The notes beneath the pieces were generated by a model. The model made no database searches. It had not been told where the DNA came from and was given only the letters and a program-made list of their open reading frames with translations. A stretch of DNA of 64,000 bases from Pyrinomonadaceae bacterium (lineage in GTDB: Bacteria > Acidobacteriota > Blastocatellia > Pyrinomonadales > Pyrinomonadaceae): assembly GCA_041746675.1 (NCBI GenBank), contig JBGTGO010000050.1, positions 958 to 64,957 of the forward strand, in the 5' to 3' direction. Every line of letters starts with the position of its first letter. The stretch's first letter is position 1. Position numbers and translations under genes: made by a program. Below are positions 56,478 through 64,000 of this stretch, in pieces.

Positions 56478-57704
56478 GTGGCGATTATTAAACCTTTTCG
56501 GGCATTGCGTCCGAAATTGGAAAATGCAAAACAGGCTTCGTGCGTCCCGTATGACGTGGTTTATACATCGGAAGTGCGGGAATTTATTGGCAAAAATCCC
56601 TTGAGTTTTCTGCGTGTGACGCGGGCGGAAGCTGAATTCGAGGATGAAACGAAGGTTACGAAGGAAGAAATTTTCGCACGGGCGAAGGCTAATCTGGAAG
56701 AGTTTATTGATAAGGAATTGTTTTTTCAAGAAGCAGAACCGTGTATCTATATTTATCAACTTTCAGTCGGCGACCACACGCAGACGGGCGTTGTTGCCTG
56801 CTGTGCGGTTGATGAATACGAAAGTTCCATCATCAAAAAGCACGAAAAAACACGCCCCGATAAGGTTGAAGACCGCACCGAGCATATGCTTGCTCTGAAT
56901 GCTCAGACGGGTTTGATCTTTCTGGCTTTTCGTAATACTGAAACGATTCAAGAATTACTGAAAAACGCCGTTTCAGAAAAACCGATCTACAAATTTCATT
57001 GCAACGACGGTGTGCAGCAAGTCGTCTGGAGAATCTCCGATACCGCAAAATGGGTTGAAGCATTTGCGGAAGTGCCAAATTTATATATCGCCGACGGACA
57101 TCACCGGGCGGAAAGTTCGCTTTTGACGCGAAATACACGGCGGGATAAAAATCCGAATCACACCGGCAAGGAAAACTACAATTACGTTTTGACGGGAATG
57201 TATCCGGCGGAGGATTTGGCAATTCTTGCCTACAATCGCGTCGTTAAGGATTTAAACGGCTTGAGCGAAGATGAATTTTTGGAAGCAATCAAACAACATT
57301 TCGTCATCACGGGCGAGGGCGTAAAGCCATCGGAAAATCCGCGTGAGTTTTGTATGTATCTCAACGGAAAATGGCGGACACTTCGTTTTTCCGTCGAATT
57401 CGACCGCGAACCCGATCCGATTGAACGGCTCGATGTCAGCATTTTGCAGCAGTTTTTGCTTGAACCGATCTTGGGAATCGGCGACGCGAGAACCGATCAA
57501 CGAATCGGCTTCGTCGGTGGTGCGAGAGGAACGGCGGAACTCGAACGAGTTGTTGACGAAGGAATTGCGAAAGTTGCATTCTCGATGTTCCCGACAACGA
57601 TGCAGGATCTGTTCGATGTGTCCGACATAGACGAAATTATGCCGCCGAAATCAACCTGGTTCGAGCCGAAATTAAAAGACGGCTTACTCGTCTATCTCAT
57701 TTGA
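56478..57704 (+). CDS. DUF1015 family protein
   Basis: MAIIKPFRALRP…VPYDVV N-terminus and ADGHHR. The length and motifs are typical of DUF1015. GTG start. Confidence 0.75.
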   Translation: MAIIKPFRALRPKLENAKQASCVPYDVVYTSEVREFIGKNPLSFLRVTRAEAEFEDETKVTKEEIFARAKANLEEFIDKELFFQEAEPCIYIYQLSVGDHTQTGVVACCAVDEYESSIIKKHEKTRPDKVEDRTEHMLALNAQTGLIFLAFRNTETIQELLKNAVSEKPIYKFHCNDGVQQVVWRISDTAKWVEAFAEVPNLYIADGHHRAESSLLTRNTRRDKNPNHTGKENYNYVLTGMYPAEDLAILAYNRVVKDLNGLSEDEFLEAIKQHFVITGEGVKPSENPREFCMYLNGKWRTLRFSVEFDREPDPIERLDVSILQQFLLEPILGIGDARTDQRIGFVGGARGTAELERVVDEGIAKVAFSMFPTTMQDLFDVSDIDEIMPPKSTWFEPKLKDGLLVYLI

Positions 57705-57874
57705 GTTTGGGAGTTTAGAGAGTTTGGAGAGTTTTGGGAGTTTTGAGAGTTAAGAAAGTTGAGAGATAAGTAAATTGAAAGAATGTTTCTTTTACTTTCC
57801 GATTGATAAATATACTAAAATTTTCATAACTCCGAAACTCTCCAAACTCCCAAAACTCTCTAAACTCTCTAAAC
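57705..57874. repeat. Long imperfect hairpin built from about 9-nt (G/A)GAGAGTTT units
   Basis: Left arm GTTTGGGAGTTTAGAGAGTTTGGAGAGTTTTGGGAGTTTTGAGAGTT (57705-57751). Right arm AACTCCGAAACTCTCCAAACTCCCAAAACTCTCTAAACTCTCTAAAC (57828-57874). Five units per arm, with a loop of about 75 nt. Confidence 0.7.
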
Positions 57875-57884
57875 CTTAAAGGAA

Positions 57885-58400
57885 ATGTTTGAAACAGACA
57901 GACTATTTTTGCGAAAACTTCAGGATTATGATGTTGACGAGATTTTCGGAATTCGCAGTGATGCGGAAATGATGCGTTATATTCGCAAACCGCAGACCGA
58001 ACGCGGCGAATCGCTCGGTTGGATCGAAATGATCTCGGCAAAATGGGACACGGAAAAGATCGGCTTCTGCGGCATCGTTGAAAAAACAACAAAGGATTTT
58101 GTCGGCTGGTGCGGACTCTGGAAACTCGTTGAAACGGGTGAATTCGAAATCGGTTACGCAATCAAAAGAGAATTCCAGGGCAAAGGCTACGCAACCGAAG
58201 CCGCGAAAAGAATTTTGCGATACGGTTTTGAAGATTTGGACTTGGAAAAAATCGTCGCCGTCGCTTCGCCCGCAAACGAATCTTCACAAAATGTTATGAA
58301 ACGAATCGGAATGAAATATGTCGGAGTCGGCAGATTCTACGATAACGAACTAGTTCAATATGCGATTTTGCGTGAAGATTTTTTGTTGCAAAAATACTGA
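57885..58400 (+). CDS. GNAT-family N-acetyltransferase (RimJ/RimL-like)
   Basis: FETDRLFLRKL…, IGYAIKREFQGKGYATEA (acetyl-CoA binding Q/RxxGxG/A), and LDLEKIVAVASPANESSQNVMKRIGM. Confidence 0.8.
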   Translation: MFETDRLFLRKLQDYDVDEIFGIRSDAEMMRYIRKPQTERGESLGWIEMISAKWDTEKIGFCGIVEKTTKDFVGWCGLWKLVETGEFEIGYAIKREFQGKGYATEAAKRILRYGFEDLDLEKIVAVASPANESSQNVMKRIGMKYVGVGRFYDNELVQYAILREDFLLQKY

Positions 58401-58420
58401 GCAGTGAATTTCAATGATCG

Positions 58421-58505
58421 GACTGCGGACATCCCTGTCTGCACAGCTCGATTTTTGCTTATCTGATTTTAACCTGAGAACTTGCGGACAGAGATGTCCG
58501 CAGTC
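58421..58505. repeat. 23-bp inverted repeat (REP-like)
   Basis: GACTGCGGACATCCCTGTCTGCA (58421-58443) and TGCGGACAGAGATGTCCGCAGTC (58483-58505), with 2 mismatches and a 39-nt spacer. Confidence 0.6.
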
Positions 58506-58640
58506 TGCCGAAAAACAAGTTTAGCTGATTATTTAAAACAACTCGGACAACACGAAAAATCGGGCGGGAATCATCAATTCTTGCGGCTGGCGGACTTTCG
58601 GTTTATTATTCTTACAAAAGGTTTGGAAGAATAATATTTT

Positions 58641-59468
58641 ATGAAAGCAACACTAATCACGGGAGCATCGAGCGGAATCGGCGAAGCGTTTGCCCGACGG
58701 CTTGCCGCCAAAGGTCATAATTTGGTTTTAGTTGCCCGCCGCGAGGAAAAACTCGCCGAGATTTGCGATGCTCTGATGGCGGAACACGAAATTTTAGCTC
58801 ATTATGTGGCAATTGATCTCAACGATTATCAAGCCGATCTGCGGCTTTTCAAAGAAACCGTTCACCACGAGATTGAAGTTGACTGGCTGATAAACAATGC
58901 GGGTTTCGGTTCGATGGGAGATTTTTCCGAACTTGAAATCAAGAATGAACTCGCAATGATCGGATTAAATATTTCGGCTTTAACCGCTCTGACACATCGT
59001 TATCTGCAACAGATGCGGACGCGAAAAAGCGGAACGATCATCAATGTTTCATCAACTGCCGGAGTTCAGCCGATTCCGTTTATGGCAACTTATGCCGCAA
59101 CGAAAGCCTTCGTCACTTCCTTTTCCGAAGCTGTCGCCGAAGAAAATCGCCCATTCGGAATCCGCGTGATGGCACTCTGTCCGGGAGCGACCGAAACGAA
59201 TTTTTTCGCCGCTTCCAACATCAAAGACCCCGTTAAAATAAAAGGAACGCAAACCGCCGAAGAGGTTGTCGAAGCCGCCCTCGAAGGCTTAGGAAAAGGC
59301 AAAACGAAAGTTATTTCCGGTTGGATGAATTCGCTCGTCGCTCACGCCGCTTCGCTTGCTCCGAATTCGCTCGTTACCAAAAGCATCGCCAACAAACTGC
59401 GTCCGAAAATCGAAAAAGAACGTGAATCGAGTGAACTGGAAAAAGATAAAATTGATGAAAGTGAATAG
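58641..59468 (+). CDS. Short-chain dehydrogenase/reductase (SDR) family oxidoreductase
   Basis: TGASSGIGEAFARRLA cofactor motif, NNAG, and catalytic S…YAATK. Confidence 0.85.
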   Translation: MKATLITGASSGIGEAFARRLAAKGHNLVLVARREEKLAEICDALMAEHEILAHYVAIDLNDYQADLRLFKETVHHEIEVDWLINNAGFGSMGDFSELEIKNELAMIGLNISALTALTHRYLQQMRTRKSGTIINVSSTAGVQPIPFMATYAATKAFVTSFSEAVAEENRPFGIRVMALCPGATETNFFAASNIKDPVKIKGTQTAEEVVEAALEGLGKGKTKVISGWMNSLVAHAASLAPNSLVTKSIANKLRPKIEKERESSELEKDKIDESE

Positions 59469-59602
59469 TTCAAGAAAATTCTACCAAGGAGACATAGAGA
59501 ACACGGAGTTTTTTAATAAAAGTCATTTTCTCAAAATAATTTATTTAACAGAGATGAAGTGGATAGAAAGGATTTTCGTTAAAATTTTCTTTGGCAGAAT
59601 TT

Positions 59603-60739
59603 TTATCCCTGAATATCTTCTTCATCCCTGTTAAATAATATTTTATCTGACGGCACACCGTTTTCAACTGTAATAACTTCCGCACTTTTGCCGAAATCCT
59701 CGACGAAACTTTCTTTGGAAGTCGTCACGAATGTCTGCGTTTTATCTTCAAGGAATTCCAGTAATTGCCCGATGCGTTTGTAATCCAGTTCAGCATCAAT
59801 ATCGTCCAGCAGGAAAAGCGGATATTCTTTGTGCTGCTCGAAATAAACCGATAAATTGGCGATTTGCAAAATCAATAAAGCACTTCTTTGTTGTCCCGAT
59901 GAGCCGTATTTCCGCAAATCTTTGCCGTCGAAATTTATCTCCAGTTCGTCGCGGTGTGTTCCGATCAACGAATATCCGGCGTAGAGTTCGGCGGGAATCC
60001 GCAGCTTCAAACGTTCGGTGATAAGTCCAGCATAATCGTTCAGATCGCCTTTTCCTTCTAATGACGAAACATAACGAATCGAAACTTCCTCGCGTTCAAA
60101 TAATTTTTTTTCCAAAACTTCGTTTAACCTTTCGACGAAACGGACGCGGGCTTTGTAGATTCTGGCAGCAAGTTGAATCAACTGTTCGTTCCATGGTTCG
60201 AGCAGATCGGCAACTTGATCGAGTTTATATTCCTTATCACGGGCATTTTGCAGAAGCGTGTTTTTTTGTTTGATAACGCGGTTGTAATCCGCCAGTGTTT
60301 GGATAAACGGCGGATAAATAGCGACGATTCCGCCGTCTAAAAATTTGCGTCGGGCGGTGGGCGTGCCGCGGATTATTTCGAGTTCGTCGGAGTTGAAAAT
60401 GATCGTATGAAGCTGACCGAGAAATCTCTGGACGGTTTCTTTTTTGTGGTTGACCGTCAAAGTTTTAGCGTTGCCCTGCATAATCACCTGCAAATTACGG
60501 ACGATTTCTTCGCTTTGACGAACATCGCCGCGAACAATTGCCATCGCTTCGTTAAATTTTATCGCCTCGGTCAAACGTGCGGTTTTAAATGATTTGGTCG
60601 TGGCGAGAATATAAATCGCTTCGAGCCAGTTGGTTTTGCCCTGTCCATTTTCGCCGAAAATTATGTTCAAACCGTTTCCGCATTTAATTTTTCCGTTGAG
60701 GTTGCGGAAGTTTTCCGCCTCGACCGACTCTAGTTTCAT
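59603..60739 (-). CDS. recF: DNA replication and repair protein RecF
   Basis: MKLESVEAENFRNL…GENGQGKTNWLEAI (Walker A), the signature SSGQQRSALL, and Walker B LFLLDDIDAELD. Confidence 0.9.
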   Translation of the reverse strand: MKLESVEAENFRNLNGKIKCGNGLNIIFGENGQGKTNWLEAIYILATTKSFKTARLTEAIKFNEAMAIVRGDVRQSEEIVRNLQVIMQGNAKTLTVNHKKETVQRFLGQLHTIIFNSDELEIIRGTPTARRKFLDGGIVAIYPPFIQTLADYNRVIKQKNTLLQNARDKEYKLDQVADLLEPWNEQLIQLAARIYKARVRFVERLNEVLEKKLFEREEVSIRYVSSLEGKGDLNDYAGLITERLKLRIPAELYAGYSLIGTHRDELEINFDGKDLRKYGSSGQQRSALLILQIANLSVYFEQHKEYPLFLLDDIDAELDYKRIGQLLEFLEDKTQTFVTTSKESFVEDFGKSAEVITVENGVPSDKILFNRDEEDIQG

Positions 60740-60874
60740 AAAATCATTTTAACATAATGTTATATTAATTATTGTCGTTGAACTTTGGAATAAACCGACA
60801 ATTAGAAATTTTTATTAAACAGTGTTTGTTGTTACCGAACACTTTGTCAAAATCCCCGCATCGCACGAATAATT

Positions 60875-61372
60875 ATGAAATTTATAAATGCCTTAATATT
60901 GGTTTTGATTATCTCCGTTTTTGCTTTCGGACAGCAGGAAACGGGCGTTGCCGCTCAGGATTTTAGCGTGCTGACTCTTGACGGCAAGACATTTGAACTG
61001 AATCAGACGAAGGGAAAAGTTACCGTTCTTACGTTTTGGTCAACCAAGTGCCAGATTTGTGCGGCGGAAATTCCGAAACTAAATAAGTTGGCTGATAAAT
61101 ATGACGGCGAAAAGGTCGCGTTTATCGGTCTGACAATGAACAACGCCCAATTGGTCAACGATTATCTCAAGAAAAAACCGTTTAATTTTACGCTGATTCC
61201 GAACAGCTTGGGAGTTGTTCTAAAATATGCCGACCGCGATTCACAAGGACGGCTTCTGATGGGTTATCCGGCACATTACGTCATCAATCAGGAAGGCAAC
61301 GTCGTTCTAAAAACAAGCGGTTTCAAGAAAAGCGAAAAGATTGACGAAACCATCGAGAAACTTTTAAAATAA
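60875..61372 (+). CDS. TlpA/ResA-like periplasmic thiol:disulfide oxidoreductase (thioredoxin fold)
   Basis: Signal peptide, then FWSTKCQICAAEIPKL with a CxxC motif. Confidence 0.8.
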   Translation: MKFINALILVLIISVFAFGQQETGVAAQDFSVLTLDGKTFELNQTKGKVTVLTFWSTKCQICAAEIPKLNKLADKYDGEKVAFIGLTMNNAQLVNDYLKKKPFNFTLIPNSLGVVLKYADRDSQGRLLMGYPAHYVINQEGNVVLKTSGFKKSEKIDETIEKLLK

Positions 61373-61429
61373 AGGAGTTTGAGAAATCTACGCGATTGCG
61401 GTATATTTTCAAATTGCCGCTTTTTTTGC

Positions 61430-61515
61430 GGAGAAGTAGCATAATTGGTAATGCAGTAGTCTTGAAAACTACCGCCCTTACAGGCTTGCAGGTTCGAGTC
61501 CTGTCTTCTCCGCCA
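61430..61515 (+). tRNA. tRNA-Ser (anticodon UGA)
   Basis: I folded it by hand. Acceptor GGAGAAG/CTTCTCC, discriminator G and an encoded CCA. D-stem GCAT/ATGC. Anticodon stem GTAGT/ACTAC with loop CTTGAAA. A long variable arm. T-arm GCAGG-TTCGAGT-CCTGT. Confidence 0.85.
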
Positions 61516-61834
61516 TTTATATTTTGTTTTAGTCTAAAAAGAAGATTTGCCGAAAGGTGAATCTTTTTTTGTCGGAGCATCTGCTTTCCGCCGGCGAAAA
61601 GAATTTTCCATTCTGTCACATTCGTGTTGATTTAATTAAGGTTTATGATATAAGTTTAGGAGTTACGCAGTTGAACCAAAAATCAATAACTTACGAGCCG
61701 ATTTACAAAAATTAAATTGCTCTAAGTCTTTTATTTTCAATAAAGCCGTATTCAAAAATGTTTCAACTGCGTAACTTCTAAAGTTATAAACAAAACTGAA
61801 TGACCGTTCATTCACAAAAACTGGATTTTTCTTT

Positions 61835-62461
61835 ATGCCGCGTTCCAATCGTTCAAACAATACATCAACAAGAAATACAAACGCCGACAAACACGAAGCG
61901 ATTTTGCGGGCGGCGATTAAGGTTTTCGCCGATAAAGGATATTTTAATTCGAAGGTTGCAGACATCGCCGGAGCAGCAAATATCGCCGACGGCACGGTTT
62001 ATTTATACTTTAAAAGCAAGGAAGAAATTCTTCATTCGATCTTTGACCGGATGATGTCGGAATTTATTTCAGAAGGGAAAAAACAAATCGAAAAGATTGA
62101 AAAGGCGGACGAGAAAATAAGACGTATCGCCGAACTGCACCTTGAAAAGTTGGGTACAGACAGAGATTTGGCAATCGTTTTTCAGGTTCAGCTTCGCGGT
62201 TCGATTAAATTTATGCAGGAATTTTCCGCCGCCGGCTTTTCCGAATATCTGGATATTATCAAAAAGGCTTTTGAAGAAGGGCAGCAACAAAAAATTTTCC
62301 GCGAAGACATAAACGCGACGGTTTGCTCGAAAATTTTGTTCGGTGCATTGGACGAAATGGTTACAAACTGGATTTTGTCGAACAAACAATATGAACTCGC
62401 ACCTTTGGCAAATGAAGTTTTGAAAATATTTTTCGGCGGTGTCGTGATGCAGAAGTCGTAA
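61835..62461 (+). CDS. TetR/AcrR-family transcriptional regulator
   Basis: N-terminal HTH AILRAAIKVFADKGYFNSKVADIAGAANIADGTVYLYFKSKEEIL. Lies upstream of an acyl-CoA ligase gene. Confidence 0.85.
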   Translation: MPRSNRSNNTSTRNTNADKHEAILRAAIKVFADKGYFNSKVADIAGAANIADGTVYLYFKSKEEILHSIFDRMMSEFISEGKKQIEKIEKADEKIRRIAELHLEKLGTDRDLAIVFQVQLRGSIKFMQEFSAAGFSEYLDIIKKAFEEGQQQKIFREDINATVCSKILFGALDEMVTNWILSNKQYELAPLANEVLKIFFGGVVMQKS

Positions 62462-62486
62462 ATTTTAAAATTGGAACAAAAGATTT

Positions 62487-62609
62487 GACTACGAAATAGA
62501 CAAAAAATTCACGAAAGTTTTTTTCATCAAAATAACTGTTTTCGCTGAACTTTATAAGTAGATTGAATTTCTTTTAAATATTATTTCATATTTGTTTCGT
62601 GTTTCGTGG
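62487..62609. repeat. Palindromic ACGAAA-repeat element upstream of the acyl-CoA ligase gene
   Basis: GACTACGAAATAGACAAAAAATTCACGAAAGTTTTTTT (62487-62524) faces the inverted TTTGTTTCGTGTTTCGTGG (62591-62609). It shares CACGAAAGTTT with the element at 12498. Confidence 0.55.
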
Positions 62610-62636
62610 TTAAATTCTTAGCTGAAAAATAAAAAA

Positions 62637-64000
62637 ATGCTAGAAAGTGAAGTTAATGAAGAAAAAATCATTCGTCGTGTGAAAAGGATTCCACTTTTCT
62701 CCGACGAACCGCAAACTTTGGCGGAGTTGTTTTACTATGCTTCGGAAAAACATCCCCGCGAAGACGTGCTAAATTACAAAAAAGACGGTAAATGGCACGC
62801 GGTTTCATCCGCAGAAATTCTTGAACGAAGTGAAAATATCGCTCTCGGACTGCACACGCTCGGAGTAGAGAAGGGCGAACGGGCGGCAATTTTAGCTTCA
62901 AATTCACCCGATTGGACGCTAACCGATGCGGGTTGCCAGATCGCCGGAATTGTTGATGTTCCGATCTACACAACGCTTACGCCGGACTCGATCAAATACA
63001 TTCTCGACGATGCCGAAGCGAAAGTCTTTTTCGTCGAGAATTTGGAGAAATTCGAGCGTTTTAAAGAGCAGGTTTTAGAGTGCAAAACCTTAGAACACAT
63101 AATCTTTTTCGGTTCGGAAACAATCGAATCGGAAGACGCTCTGACGCTTGATGAACTGGAAAAACGCGGTGCTGAACTGAAATTGAAAAAGCCAGAATTA
63201 ATCAAAGAAATGATTTCCGCGGGCGAAACCGACGATATTGCAACGCTGATCTATACTTCGGGAACGACCGGCGAACCGAAAGGTGTGATGCTCTCGCACG
63301 GGAATTTGCTTTCGAACGTGATTGATGTCGGCGAGAGTTACAATTTTACTGAAAAAGATGTCTCGCTGTCCGTTCTGCCGCTGTCGCACGTTTTCGAGCG
63401 AACCGGAATGTATGTTTATATTTTTAACGGAATGTCGGTTTATTACGCCGAATCCATCGAAAAAGTCGCTGATAATTTGCAGGAAGTCCGCCCGACAATG
63501 TTCGTCGGTGTGCCGCGAATTTTTGAGAAAGTTTATGCGAAAGCGAAACTAAAAGCGGCAAATCAGAGCAGTTTTAAAGAAAAAATATTTGATTGGGCAA
63601 TTGATCTCGGCAAGGATTTTGCCGAGCGAAAAGAAAAAGGTAAAAAGATTTCAGGTTTTGAAGGTATCAAACACAGCCTTGCCGACAAACTTGTTTTCTC
63701 AAAAATGCGTGCATTCTTCGGCGGACGTTTACGCTTTTGCATCACCGGCGGGGCGGCACTTTCCGACAATATTTATCTGATTTTCAACGGTGCGGATATT
63801 TCGATTATGCAGGGTTACGGCTTGACCGAAACCTCGCCCGTCATTACGTCGAGCAATCCGATCAACGTCAAACTCGGAGCCTCCGGCAGACCGATTCGCA
63901 ATGTCGAAATCCGCATCGCCGAAGATGGCGAAGTCGAAGTTTCGGGACCGAATATAATGCACGGCTACTACAACAAACCCGACGCGACCCGCGACACATT
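62637..64000 (+). CDS. Long-chain-fatty-acid--CoA ligase (AMP-binding family), 3' end outside window
   Basis: Not in the ORF track because the window contains no stop. My own translation from the ATG at 62637 gives MLESEVNEEKIIRR…, the AMP-binding motif LIYTSGTTGEPKGVML, then GYGLTETSP. Confidence 0.85.
   Translation, partial: MLESEVNEEKIIRRVKRIPLFSDEPQTLAELFYYASEKHPREDVLNYKKDGKWHAVSSAEILERSENIALGLHTLGVEKGERAAILASNSPDWTLTDAGCQIAGIVDVPIYTTLTPDSIKYILDDAEAKVFFVENLEKFERFKEQVLECKTLEHIIFFGSETIESEDALTLDELEKRGAELKLKKPELIKEMISAGETDDIATLIYTSGTTGEPKGVMLSHGNLLSNVIDVGESYNFTEKDVSLSVLPLSHVFERTGMYVYIFNGMSVYYAESIEKVADNLQEVRPTMFVGVPRIFEKVYAKAKLKAANQSSFKEKIFDWAIDLGKDFAERKEKGKKISGFEGIKHSLADKLVFSKMRAFFGGRLRFCITGGAALSDNIYLIFNGADISIMQGYGLTETSPVITSSNPINVKLGASGRPIRNVEIRIAEDGEVEVSGPNIMHGYYNKPDATRDT

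Noticed and set aside
57705-57874. A possible CRISPR array, because of the regularly repeated short units.
   Set aside because: The units are contiguous with no unique spacers, are only about 9 nt long, and are arranged as two inverted arms. I see no cas genes in the window.
59478-59515. The motif TTCTACCAAGGAGACATAGAGAACACGGAGTTTTTT between the SDR gene and recF, which resembles the short repeat elements seen elsewhere.
   Set aside because: There is only one copy in this window and no inverted partner nearby, so I cannot support calling it a repeat from this sequence alone.

Overview
A 64-kb chromosomal segment from a diderm (Gram-negative-type) bacterium. I cannot assign the taxon from sequence alone. 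Coding density is high. Blocks, in order:

(1) 1-22.0 kb: a Wzx/Wzy-type exopolysaccharide locus on one strand (co-polymerase, kinase-like ATPase, OPX exporter, initiating phosphoglycosyl transferase, Wzy-like protein, two GT4 glycosyltransferases). Embedded in it are an Sfp-type phosphopantetheinyl transferase, a PAP2 phosphatase, a beta-propeller lipoprotein and a three-module NRPS split over two genes. The larger NRPS gene carries an N-terminal Wzx/MOP flippase domain fused in frame to A-T-C-A-T. This is my main candidate for an undescribed system.

(2) 22.0-23.1 kb: a junction with gene remnants (a hexapeptide-repeat fragment without a canonical start, a stand-alone PMI cupin, an RND C-terminal fragment).

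(3) 23.2-41.5 kb: a copper/heavy-metal island. It holds a P1B ATPase, a decayed MerR-like gene and a long efflux operon (OMF, lipoprotein, adaptor with an extra N-terminal domain, two periplasmic metal-binding proteins, an HME-RND pump, a two-domain multicopper oxidase). The operon has a sigma-54-type promoter, and a sigma-54 response regulator/histidine kinase operon follows it.

(4) 41.6-43.7 kb: a disrupted TonB-dependent receptor.

(5) Housekeeping-type genes: inositol-3-phosphate synthase, an ECF sigma/anti-sigma operon, monomeric isocitrate dehydrogenase, DUF1015, recF, tRNA-Ser, and TetR plus an acyl-CoA ligase.

(6) 48.3-50.6 kb: an AT-rich two-gene islet interrupts block 5.

Several families of short palindromic intergenic repeats are visible. 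I recognised no CRISPR array, rRNA, transposase or integrase.
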